NCBI GenBank assembly: GCA_012295275.1
Contig: CM022673.1
Location: 16,120,001-16,184,000, forward strand
Direction of reading: 5' to 3'
DNA length: 64,000 nucleotides
DNA from: Chrysomallon squamiferum
Taxonomy: Eukaryota; Animalia; Mollusca
Every line of letters starts with the position of its first letter. Within the stretch, counting starts at the first letter, position 1. Made by a program: the position numbers and the translations under genes. Of the stretch, positions 12,500 to 25,090 are shown in pieces. The notes under the pieces were generated by a model, which was given only the letters and a program-made list of their open reading frames with translations, had not been told where the DNA came from and did no database searches.

Positions 12500-13843
12500 A
12501 AATTCTCTAAAAACCAACAAAGCAAACAATAAATAAAAATAGAGAAAGAAGAAAAAAAAAGGAAAATTGCAAAATTAATAGGATGGGGAATTTTTACTTA
12601 ATTCATTTATTTTTTATTCTTATATTTTTCATTATTTGTATTTATTGTTGTTTTTTGTTATTTTATTTTGCTTTGCTTTTTTATAATTTCTTTAGTTGTT
12701 TGTTTATAGTTTTATTTTATTCAGTATTTGTGGTTTTTAGCTTGTGCAAATGAAGGAAAGAAATTTTACATAATACATTTTTTGTTTTGTTCTTATTTGT
12801 GAGTATGTGCGTGTGTGTATATTTATAGCGCGTGTGTGGTGTGGGTTTTTTTGGGGGGGAGAGGCTGGTTGTTTCGTTTTTTAAATCAATTTCCATACTC
12901 TTACCCTAAAATTATCAGTTCTCACTCTCTTTTTCTGTTCTGTGTTATTCGCGTTCATTTTAAAATCGTTAATAAATTCTTGACATTTCTGCTGTCCAAA
13001 AACGGAAGCAGATGTAGATATAAAAAGCGGGAAATGTTTTAAAAAATGAAACAAAAAATGAAAAATAAATGTGGAAACAGGAAACCTTGAGCTAAAAATA
13101 GAAGAAAAAAAAATTAAAACAGAATTAAATTTCAGCTAATACATTTTTAAAACAAACTAAAAAGGCTGGTTTATTAATAAATCTTGATGACTGATAGGGC
13201 CGAAGATAATTTTTTAGTCGTTATGTGATTAAGGTAACAACCACAACAACAACAACATTAATAATAATAACAAAAGCAGTAATAATAGTCGTAACAGTAG
13301 TAATTATATCCAAGTAGTAGTGGTGATAACAAAAGAAGTAGTAGTAGTAGTAGTTGTTGTACATGTAGCAAAATCAGGAATAGTTCTGTTCGAAGCAGCA
13401 GTAATAGCGATACTATTGAACTAATATTGGTAGTAGTGGTTGTAGTAGTAATAGTACTTGTCGAAGTGGTGGTGGTACACGCATTATTTTTACTTAAGTG
13501 CCAAACATCTTTTACATAGCTTTTCTTACTGACAAAAAAACAACAAAAAAACCAAACACTATGTATTCCCTTTCGTTTAGCACCGAGGGTTCTTTTATTA
13601 TGATCTTCTCGTGATCTACTAAAAAATATTCCATACTGCCTTTAATAAATCAGAAGCAATGACTAACTGGCGCGCGAAATAGCCCAGGTAACTGTTGTAA
13701 CTAAATAAAGGGCAACGTTAATGATGTAAGAGCAGAATAGTTTATTGTTTGAGGTCAAAATATTATTGTATTGACATTTCCTTAAAGGTTATTAGTTTTG
13801 TAATTCTTGTATCTTATCGTAGACACAAATATGAAGTTTTACG

Positions 13844-14190
13844 CTGACATTTGGTAAGAAAATTATGTACACTTTTTTCTTCTTCTTCTTCTTCTTCTTC
13901 TTGTTGTTTTTCTTCTTCTTCTTCCTCTTCTTATTTTTGTTGTTGTCTTGTTTTTGTCATCATCATTATTTTCTCTTTAAATCTAGTTTTTATTTTCTTC
14001 ATCTTCTTTTCCCTCTCTTTCGTTTTTGTTCTTTCTTTTTTTTTTTTTTTTTTTTCTTTTTCATCATCATCATTATCATCATCACCATCATTATTATCAT
14101 TGGGGTTCTTACTCATCCTCATTCTTCTTTCCTTTTCTTCCCTTCCTTTTTATAGCTTAGTTCTTTTCTCCCAAACATTCCGTTTTGGTA
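13844..14190 (+). repeat. ~350-bp segment duplicated at 17426-17801
   Basis: The two copies share start (ctgacatttggta.gaaaattatgtacac), middle (catcatcattattttctctttaaatctagtttt) and end (cccaaacattccgttttggta). Confidence 0.9.
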
Positions 14191-14593
14191 TCGCAGACAA
14201 TTTATCACTTAAGAAAATGGTTCGGAATTTTTATCTCTGATGTTTTTCATTATATCGCCTATTAGCACCGTGTGGTTAATGATTAAGACTCTGCGGGTGC
14301 GAAAACCATTGACAAAAATTCCTCAGCGACAAAACCGCGAAAAACGAAGTCCAACTGCTTCGTTCAACATGCAACGGGGCATAAGACAGACGAGAAATGG
14401 CAACGATTGTAATTGCAGCAGACGTTTTTAGATGGTTTGTTGTCGGCACACACACACATCAAACTGAGACTCCGTTGCTCTTCTTGGAACGTTGTCAAAC
14501 TAGCTGTTTCGTTCAGACTGGGAATCTAACAAAATTCGTTACAGACTAGTGTGTGTAAGGACACACATTCGAGGCGGTGACTGTAAAACGAAA

Positions 14594-14958
14594 ATGATTC
14601 TTGTTACGTTGTGTTTTGTGTTTCTGTGTTTTTTCAAGTTCAGAGTGCAAGCGGACGAGAGTGAGGGATTTCCCATCAAAGGTAATGATTTATTTATTTA
14701 TTTATTGGTTTCTTGGTTTGTTCGCTTGTTCGTTTGTTTGTTTATTTATTACTTTCACTTTCAATAGTATTATTAATTATAATTAGCATTATGGGTGTAA
14801 TTATTGTCATTTAAAATTTGTCGCGTTTCTATCTCATTTTATTATCACCATCATCATGATCATTATTATTGTGTTATTTCTGTCTTCTGTTTTAATATAT
14901 GAGGTATATTTCCAGTAAATTTATTATAAGTTCAAATACTTCCAAATATTGTAAATAG

Positions 14959-15001
<43 letters not shown>

Positions 15002-17174
15002 GTTTTATTTCTTTTCTTTTTTTAATTTATTATTTTTTTTTTAATTATTTGCTGTATGCGTGTACGAAACAGTTGTATATGTTTGAGTACAAAAGCATCT
15101 AAAACTGAGTTAATCTATCAGATTTATTAATTTGATGGATACTTTTACGTACAGCATAAAACTGTTTATCACTTATTTCATCGTGTAATCATTTACATAA
15201 CAGTTCACAATTCGTTTGTGGTGATCATCACCAGTTAACCTGTGGTTTGTAATCATGTTAGGACAGCACGTACCATAGAGTTTGTATTAATAACATAATC
15301 AGGTAGTCACCTCGGTTAAGCAAGGAAATGATGGAAATGGTACACAATTAAGCTGTTCCAACATTACAAACCACTTGTTATTTTTATTTATTTATTTTAT
15401 TTTATTTTATTTTATTTTATTAATATCATATATTTAAATTTATTTAATTTTTTTTTTTTTAGATTATCTTTAACAAGAATGTATTATTGTGTGTGTGTGT
15501 GTGTGTGTGTGTGTGAGTGTGTGTGTGTGTGTCCGAGTCTCCGACATTAGTGTTCTTAACTTCCCTGGATAAAGAAACAACGGATCTAATGTAAAACATG
15601 AAATGTATGTCTTTAGCTTGAATTAACATAACCAAATAAACCATTATTTTGTAATGACATTACGACAATAGTTACTATAACACTGAGAAACTCACTTATA
15701 TTTGATTGTGCTGTATTTCCTGGAGGTAATCAAGTTCGTAAAAGAACCAGTATCTAGACTAGGGTGGTCTCTCATTTTTCAACAAACAACACACAAAATT
15801 TTTTTCAAAACCTTCGTGGATATCTGAAAGGGCGTCATCCGGTTTCGGAGATATTGAGCTGAAAACAAATGTTTATTATTGTGTGCGTATCTCTCCTCCA
15901 GATACGTTTTGTAATTTAATATCTATGTACAGTTAACGTTTAACTTCAGCCAGGAGCAGATCCATAAACAAAAAGGGAAGGTGATTTCATTTACGTAATG
16001 TACACAGATGATATACCTACACCGTGTTTATTTATTTGTAGTAAAGTTATTAGAGAATAGACTGATATGCTGTGGTTTGTTACATTGTGGTGTAACACGG
16101 GATAATGCAGTCTGGTATTTCACCATGTGTTATATTTTAGTTTTTATTCTGATTGAGAGATTTTGTAAGACGTTGTGCATGACTGTGTGAACGTGTGTGT
16201 ATATATCTATGTATGTATGTTTGTATATATGTGTGTGTATATAATCTATGTATGTATGTTTGTATATATGTGTGTGACTATATCTATGTATGTATGTTTG
16301 TATATATGTGTGTGACTATATCTATGTATGTATGTTTGTATATATGTGTGTGACTATGTCTGTAAGTCTCTGTTTCCGTTTCCATATATATATGTGTGTG
16401 CATGTTTACACTGCATTTTTTGTGAATATCTGTCATTAATGAATGTTTGTTTAATGATTTCATAATTTAACGTTTCATTGTTTAATGACAATGTAAAAAA
16501 TCTTCTCTGCTAACCCGCGGCTACTCTTAACAATTAGCAGTAAATGATATTTTACATGGACATAACATGGATTTCTTCTAAAGCAGTGGCTGGAACGAGA
16601 AATAATTCAACAGCAGAATGAGTCTACACACTCTACCATGACTAACGAACGCCCCAAGTCTTGAGTTGTAGTATATCTAAATGTTTATATGTGGATATCT
16701 TTATGTGCCTATTACTATTTTTTTTATGCATACTTACATGTGTGTTGTTTTATGCATATGTATGTGTCAGTCTGTCTGTCTGTGTGTGTGTGAATGTGTG
16801 ATCAATGTGACTGTATTACAGCACTCCGCCTCGACATTTCACAAAACTACACGCTTAATAATGCTTGGAGCTGCCCTAAGTCCGGCAGATTGCACTCTAA
16901 GATTTACTGTCAGTCTAAAACAGTTGATAAAAATCTGTGTTTATGTTATTAAAAAAAATGTTTATATACTGACGTTTGCGTGCAATATTGTATACGATAA
17001 GAAGAAAGCGAGTTTTGCACTTGCACTGGAAAACAACAAGAGTATGGGTGGTGCGTATAAATGTTTATACAAAGATATCGCTTGAAATACAAGATCAGAT
17101 TTGATTTCCTCTCGCTGTGAAATGCAAAAGAAAATCTGAAATGTTCTAAATGCGTTAATATTAATAATCATATC

Positions 17175-17206
<32 letters not shown>

Positions 17207-17356
17207 AAAAATATACATACAAAGATACATACATACATACATACACACATACATATATACATACATATATACAGTCAAACATACGCACACGTAGACACAC
17301 ATGGACAAACATATAGATATACTTACAAACATACATACATACTTACTTACTGACTT

Positions 17357-17405
<49 letters not shown>

Positions 17406-19514
17406 TGGACGCATACATATATACACTGACATTTGGTAGGAAAATTATGTACACATTTTTCTTCTTCTTCTCCTTCTTGTTGTTTTTTTTTTCTTCTTCT
17501 TCTTCCTCTTCTTATTTTTGTTGTTGTCTTGTTTTTGTCATCATCATTATTTTCTCTTTAAATCTAGTTTTTGTTTCTTCATCTTCTTCTTTTCCTTCTC
17601 CTTCGTTTTTGTTCTTTCTTCTTTTTTCCTTCTTCTTTTTCATCATCATCATTATCATCATCACCATCACCATCGTCATTAGTAGTATTATTATCATTGG
17701 CATATTATTGTCGGGTTTCTTACTCATCCTCATTCTTCTTTCCTTTTTTTCCCTTCCTTTTTATAGCTTAGTTCTTTTCTCCCAAACATTCCGTTTTGGT
17801 ACAGTCGCCATTAACTGCTGTTATACGCGTTTCCGGTATACATACATACATACATACAATCACACATACATAGATACAAACATACATATATACATATTCT
17901 TTCTTTTTTTCTAAACATTAACCCGCTGCCAATATATCTAAGGTTATGGTATGTATTCTCATGTTTTACGGAAGGTTCATATAAAAAAAAATTGTTTTCC
18001 TTGCAGATGGTTCCGTATTACTTCATCACCTGTTTAAACGGACTGTAGGACAGCAACAAGTACGTACAGATATTTTAATCTTTTAAAGTACCTGAGTGTA
18101 TGTGTATATGTATATTTATGTGTTGTTGTCATCATCATCATCATCATTATTATTATTACCGTCATCATCATTATCATAAATATTATCATTATCATCATTT
18201 CTATTTTTGTTGTTATCATCATTACTATTTTTGTTGTTATTGTTGTTGTTGTTGTTGTTATTATTATTATTATTATTATTGTCGTTGTCGTTGCTTTTTC
18301 AGCCAGTTCCCCTGACAGATTCTGATTTATCAGCTAACACACGTACGTACAGCAACGGACCGGCTGGCTCCACGAACAGCAACCAGCACTATGCTTTTGG
18401 AACAAACACGTACACGCCTTCGAGAGCGCGAAATCCTGCCTCGCGTAATCGTGACACACCCGACACGAGGCGGATTGCAGGAAGTTACCCAGTAGGACCT
18501 ATAATCCCTATTTACGGCTATCGCACCCATACTAACCAGAGGAATCAAATACCCGTCGACCCGGCAGGTCAGACGACCTCCTCCAGAAGGACAAACGCCG
18601 GCAGTCAAGTGCCATACAACAGAAGAAACACAGGAGGAGGCCAGACGCAGTATTACAGAACGACAAACACGGGATCAGTGCAGCCAGCTAACACAAGACA
18701 GCGCAGTACGTACCCGCACAGTCCGTCCGGCGTGTCAGTTTATTCATCAAACAACCAACAGGGTGGCACCTACAATCCTTCTTCAGGGGCGCTTCAACCG
18801 ACATACACCAGACAGAGTGGAGTTTATCCATACAATCCGTCGGCCCCGTTTGGAGTAAGTATAGACAGATATCGTGAACTAGTCCACCGATATAATACTT
18901 AATTCAATATGATTACTATATATCGTTATGTCAAAGAAATAATAATATTTCTTAAGCCAGTGTCATATCTTTTAAACCATCTTTATAACCAAGGTCATAT
19001 ATTTCTCGCCAGTTGTCATATTTTCAAACCACAGTCATATATTTTTAGCTGTGTAGCATTTTTTTGTAACCGGTTTCATATTTCTTTAACCAGTGTGATG
19101 TTTTTAATCAGTGTGAAATATTTTAACCACTGTCATATGTTTAACTTGTGTCATATTTTTAACCATTGTCATGTTTTTAACCATTGTCATACATTTTTGA
19201 CCAGTGTCTTATTTTTAACTTGTGTCATATATTTAACCGCTGTCATATATTTTTAACCAGTGTCATATATTTTTAACCAGTGTCAGGAAACTGGAATAAG
19301 AATCAGAATAAATGGGATGGAGTGCTCGCAGGCTATAGATCACTTCGGTGCTTTTCTCTGCTACAGACACGAGCATACGTCACGGGACTGCTGTGAAAAA
19401 TGTAGGCCGCTCAAGAATCCATCGCGAGTGGGTAAGAATTTTCTTTTACATAGTTTTTACTTCAGTTAGGTCAAGTTAATAATAATAACTATAGCAACAA
19501 CAGTAACAATAACG

Positions 19515-19548
<34 letters not shown>

Positions 19549-19716
19549 TAATAATAATAACAACAACAATAATATCATCAACAACAATAGCAATAATATA
19601 ATAATAATAGTAACAATAATAATAATAATATTTTTCATATAAAGGATGTAATTAAGACTGTATAAAGTAATCTGATTATTAAAAATTGTGTGTAGGCCAT
19701 GTGTTTGTGCGTGCGC

Positions 19717-19793
<77 letters not shown>

Positions 19794-20657
19794 ATTTAGA
19801 TCGATGACTGGATATTCTAAAGCTGTATACATTGTGTTTGTTGTTGTTTTTTAAGGCTGTGAGTATGGAGATCATTCCTATCAGTGTCGTCAGATTCAGG
19901 CGTTTGATTGTTATGACTTACGAAACAGACAGAGCTGCTGTGACACGTGTGAACAGTTCAGAACAGGTAAAAGCAGGCAGCACTTCTGCTCACAGAAATA
20001 TATAGAGACCATTTCACGCAAGGGGATTCAGAATTTTATACGTCATTTATTTAGTAACCAGTTCTTTTATTTATATACATACATTTTATATAGGACACAC
20101 ACACACATTTATAACAATAACGCTATATTGTTTCAGAAATACTGAACTTACTACAATCCACGTCCAGTGATTGCTGTGTATGAAGTTTCTATATGTATAT
20201 AAAAAATTATCTTTCTGGGTCAATCCTCCTTAGATCAATATTTCATTTTTTTAATAAAAAATTTAATTTGCCACGATTTAAAATATTTTATTATTAGATA
20301 AATATAATAATAATAATAATAAAGAAAGAAAGAAAAAAAAAGAGAAAGAATAACAAAAAATTGTCGATGACAGTATTGGTTGGTGATATTTCGCTAATTT
20401 TTGTTATTACTGCTTACAAAATATTGCTTTTTAAAGCTGCATCTATTAGTTTGAAAACAGGTTATTGTAAAATGAGTGTATTTTGATGTTTCAGGAGAGG
20501 TGAACTGTGAGTACGGGGATATGACCCCTCGCTGTCAGAGAGTGGCTCAGAATCCAAGTCTGTGTTACATCCCAGAAAACCAGAGACTTTGTTGCAGCAC
20601 GTGCAGGAGAGTTAGCAGTACCGACAACCCAGGTGTGTTTATTTATGTATTTGTTAT

Positions 20658-20720
<63 letters not shown>

Positions 20721-21594
20721 CTTGTAAACAGTATTTTATTTCTAACGTGTCATTTTACATATTCAGATTGTCCGTGGGGAGATCAGAACAGTGAACTTTG
20801 TCGACCGTTTGATCAGTATGGTGGGGTCCGCATCAACTGCTACAGCGACCCCGTGAGACGACTTTGCTGTCAGACTTGTAAAAGATTAGAAGACCGAATG
20901 CCAGACAACGTGCCTCGTACGTTACATTTTACATAAACTTCGAAACTTTTATTTAGACATTATTGTCGGTATGCAGGTTGTATATATATTTACTGCATGC
21001 ATTTTTCTTGAAGCGAAAAATAATTTTATTTTTTTTTTTTTTTTATCGTTATTAGTATTATATCATTAGAAATTTTGTTGAGAATATTTGATGATTACTG
21101 CTTAAAGATCTAATTACGTTTCTGTTCGGAAGAGGGGTTCATGGTGTCTGGAGCCTAGTGTCATGCAAAATGTTAACGGCTCTTATACTACTCCTTTTTT
21201 TTAAATTTTATTTTATTTTATAATTATTTATTTATTTATTTATTTATTAAAAGACTAGTTTGTTATAAACTTTATCGTTATTACTTACACGAACATTACA
21301 AAATTTAATAAATTAATATAGTCCTAAAATAAAATGAAATGAAATAATTAATGTGAAAAAAAATCGTTTTATTTGTTGTTACGAATATGTTAATATGTTT
21401 ATATTTTACTGTTTTCACTAACAGACAGCTGTCGCTATGGAGACCGTCCAGTGATCTTCAACACAAATCAGTTCGGAAGTCTGAACTGTACGTCTTTCTT
21501 CCGTCATTTTTCTGTCGACCAGTGTACCTTGAACCAGGCAGTTGCCATTAACTGCTGTTATACGTGTTTCCGGTATACCAGATCCGGCGGATAA
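14594..21594 (+). CDS. Secreted cysteine-rich protein, 8 exons, ~470 aa: signal peptide, propeptide with KR, Arg/Tyr/Thr/Asn/Gly/Pro-rich region, five PLAC/ShK-like six-Cys modules
   Basis: Exons: 14594-14681 MILVTLCFVFLCFFKFRVQA-DESEGFPIK; 18007-18059 DGSVLLHHLFKRTVGQQQ; 18303-18854 low-complexity; 19281-19431 CQETG...CYRHEHTSRDCCEKC; 19856-19966 CEYGD...CYDLRNRQSCCDTC; 20495-20632 CEYGD...CYIPENQRLCCSTC; 20767-20916 CPWGD...CYSDPVRRLCCQTC; 21425-21594 CRYGD...CCYTCFRYTRSGG*. All introns are GT-AG and phases are consistent (1,0,0,1,1,1,1). Confidence 0.88.
16195..16360. repeat. 38-bp minisatellite, ~4 copies
   Basis: Unit tatatctatgtatgtatgtttgtatatatgtgtgtgac repeated nearly perfectly. Confidence 0.85.
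16440..16655 (-). mobile_element. Decayed SINE relic (reverse orientation)
   Basis: Reverse complement contains ttatttctcgttccagccactg and ctgctaattgttaagagtagcc, matching motifs in the other relics (ttatttctc at ~9925; ctgctagtaagagatgaatagct at ~8305). Confidence 0.5.
17426..17841 (+). repeat. Composite duplication: copy of 13844-14190 fused to a 40-bp copy of last-exon sequence 21539-21578
   Basis: 17426-17801 matches the upstream flank. 17802-17841 (cagtcgccattaactgctgttatacgcgtttccggtatac) matches 21539-21578 at 38/40. Confidence 0.9.
18945..19285 (+). repeat. 18-20-bp minisatellite (tgtcatatatttttaaccag), roughly 17 copies, ending at the exon-4 acceptor
   Basis: Visible tandem units; the last two (19241-19260 and 19261-19280) are identical. 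Confidence 0.9.
19719..19790. repeat. (GA)n microsatellite
   Basis: Perfect GA run. Similar runs at 20660-20715 (GA) and at 14961-14993, 17361-17400, 22828-22866 and 38592-38644 (CA/GT), plus many (AAT)n tracts. Confidence 0.95.
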
Positions 21595-21630
21595 ATTCCA
21601 CATTTCATTCGTTTAAATTTACGTTTTTAC

Positions 21631-21666
<36 letters not shown>

Positions 21667-22825
21667 TTAAATATATTTTTAAAAATATTTTCTGTATTGA
21701 AACATTTCACTGACATTAAGTTGTTGTAATAAAATTATGCTGTGAAGAGTGAAAAACTAATAAATTGAAAGAAAAATAAACTGAAAGAAGATAACTTCGG
21801 CATTGGCACTTTGAAGTATCGTTTTTACAGAAAGGATAACGTCTTTTTAAGTTTATTATTATTATTATTATTATTATTATTTTAGGTAAAATAAATGTGA
21901 TTGTTTTTTGTCATAAACAAACAGACGATAATACTGTTATATTGCACGTCTAATATAGTGATTGGTTAGAAATTGCGGAAAAAAAAAAAAAAAAAAAAAA
22001 AAAAAGAGAGAGAGAGAGATGGACACGATGGACGCTACAGTTTTAACATCCAGACTCTGATGTGATCTACAGAGAATAAAAAGTATCAAATAAAATATAT
22101 GTTTTTTTTTTTTTTTTTTTAATTTTCAGTTGAAGTATATTATGAATGATACAAATAGCCGCAATTATCGATTGTAAAGTAACTGGCGTATTATTTATTT
22201 TAAAAGTAATGAAATTTTAGAGGGGAAAATGGATTTTGCTATTTTCTTTTTAAATATTGTCGTCTTACAAATTTATTAAGATTACAATTTGATTGTCATT
22301 CAGAGGAGTTCAGTGGCCTGGTGACTATATACCCCAAAGTCTCAAGTATAAGGTGTAGTATTGAGAAATATTATAAGAAAGCAAATATTGTGAATATATA
22401 AGCACAGATGAAACATATAATAAACACTTTATTTGATTTAAATATAAATTCACCAAATTTATTGCTCTTTTCTCTGATTGGATGCCCAGGGCCACTGCCT
22501 TTGTCCCCACCCTCTGCTCACCACTGTTTGTTAATTGACCCTTTCATTTTTCTTTCTTTAAATTCATTAATTTATTTTTATTTATATATTTGTTTCTTTA
22601 CTTATTTCTTTATTTTATCATTATAATTTTTTAATTAAATAATCAATCATTTGTTTTGTTAAAAAAAAAAAAAAAAAGTTTTATTTTATAATGAAAGCAA
22701 TCCAATATCTTACATATAAAACCAAAACTAAAATAAGTTTTTGTTTATTTACTACATCTGTAATCTTTTAATTTTCTTTATTTTTTAATAATTTTTACAT
22801 TTTTTAAATTTGTAGTAACACACTG

Positions 22826-22867
<42 letters not shown>

Positions 22868-23180
22868 TCTCACAGCAAGCCAAACACAATCACACTGGAA
22901 TGCATAAAAACAACAACAACCAAATTGATATTTGAACAGTTTTACTAGCCAGAATATCTACATTCTGTGTTTGACAGGCAGCTCGGCTCCTGTTTGTATC
23001 AAAACGTCTGATTAGTAAGGCATTCCTTTATAAAAATCACTGTACACAGCCAGTCGCAGACCCAGAAGTCATAAATATATAAAATATATCAAAAATAGAA
23101 CTATCCAACTTCTGGGTCTCGACTGCAGAAACATAAAGCATCGTCATACACAAACAGACATTAATATATATAGATATTTT

Positions 23181-23213
<33 letters not shown>

Positions 23214-25051
23214 GTATGTATAGATGGCTATCAACTTAAAACTTGATAAAACATAAAAATCTACAAGTAACATTTCCTAGCTAGCTAGATCACAAGTCCT
23301 CATATAAAATAAATTTTAAAAACAGACTCGGTCGGTGATGGATATAATACCTTTGTACAAACACATCGCATGAACACATTGTTTTATTTCTAAGAATAAG
23401 CAGTTTTCAGGAAATAATTATAGTCATGATTTACTTAGTTTCATTTCAGTGTCCCCATGTGTGGTATACTTTTTTTTTTTTTCATTTAGAATATGGATTA
23501 AAAAAAAAGAATAATAAAATATAAATGGAAAGAAAAAAGAAAGAAAGAATAAAAATGATGAAGTTAGTCTGTGTTATGTATGTATGTAAAAGGATAAAAA
23601 TGTCATGGTTGCTATGGGAACACACTAAAAAGCTTTAAAATATGGATCCAATTTTATAAAACCCAATAATTTCCTTTAAAAATATATATTTTTTAATTTT
23701 AAATGAAACAATAGTGATGACATTAAAATGAACTTTATACATTTAAAAGAATAAATAAATAAAAATAGTAAAATAAATTTTAAAAATAATTTCAAATGTC
23801 AAAATGAAATTCATCTGCAAAACAATATGTAAAAAAAAAAAATTAAATATACATATATATATATATATATATCAAGATACATAATTCTTTTTTCAGATTA
23901 TTTATTTTTTCAAATATATTTTTTTTTAAAAAGAAAAAAAAAGCATAGAGAAATTATTTAAAGAATTGAATAAAGGATAAAATAGATTTTGTTTTCCATA
24001 ATTTGCTGTAATTATAATTTAACTTGATTTAAAGATACAATTTTTAAAATGTTATATTTTCCAACATTAAAATGAATAAATAAATCTTTATATATGACAT
24101 TAAATGTTATATATTTTCAACTGTTATGTACTTGTAACTAAATAAATTCTAACAATAACGGTTTCCTAAGGGAAATAACTATGAAATTTCGATCTTGCGA
24201 AATATACTACAAAGATTAAGTCTCCAATTGCACACATTCTTTTGATGTTAGAAAAATGAACTTAAACCAGTCAAAAAAAAAAAAAAAAAAAAAAAAAAGT
24301 TATAATTTAAAAACAATAAATAAATAAGTATATCCATTTTTTGGTGATAAAATGATGGGTCTTCAATGAACTGTATACTATACATGATTTTTAACCTTTG
24401 AGAACCAAATTAATAATTCCAAATAAGTCAGCAACAAAAATCTTTTATGTATTTAGTTAAGCATGTGGTATGAGCACTTTCCATGAAAGGTACTGATACA
24501 CCACCATTACACTTTTGAAGTAGTTACACATTTAATTTCTTCTGTAATTTTCCTCTTTTCCCCTTGCTTCTTAGATTATTTAAAGTGAATTTTATCAGAT
24601 AAATGTAGTTTAAAGTAAGAATATATCAAAATATATATGTGGACATCTGCCAAAACATTGCACTTTTGTCTGTCAGCAGAGCTTATTTCCAATCATCATA
24701 AAAAAATTAACATCATTTTTAAAACTTAGATATTATTCTTTTGTTATTAAATAAATACTTTAATTATTTTTTTTTTGGGGGGAAGAAATTTGTAAAAATT
24801 TGTCCTTAATGCATGTTTTGTGGGATCATGTTAGAATTATTGCAATGCCAAACAAAATTGTGAAAACACTTAACACTGAAATGTTGTGCCAAATTAAACA
24901 AGGTAAACATCCATTAACAAGAATACACTTATTCTGAAACTCAGTTTTAAAAATATGGAATACATTCCTTGCAAAAGCATTAGTAAATAACTAACTGTGG
25001 TTACATTGTGCACATTTAATAAAAAAAAATAGAAAAAAAAAAAGAAAATAA

Positions 25052-25090
<39 letters not shown>

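Noticed and set aside
13851-17914. Two similar hydrophobic ORFs (13851-14240 and 17405-17914) that look like paralogous membrane proteins
   Set aside because: They are read-throughs of the duplicated CTT/CAT low-complexity segment, open in several frames and with frame-shifting differences between copies.
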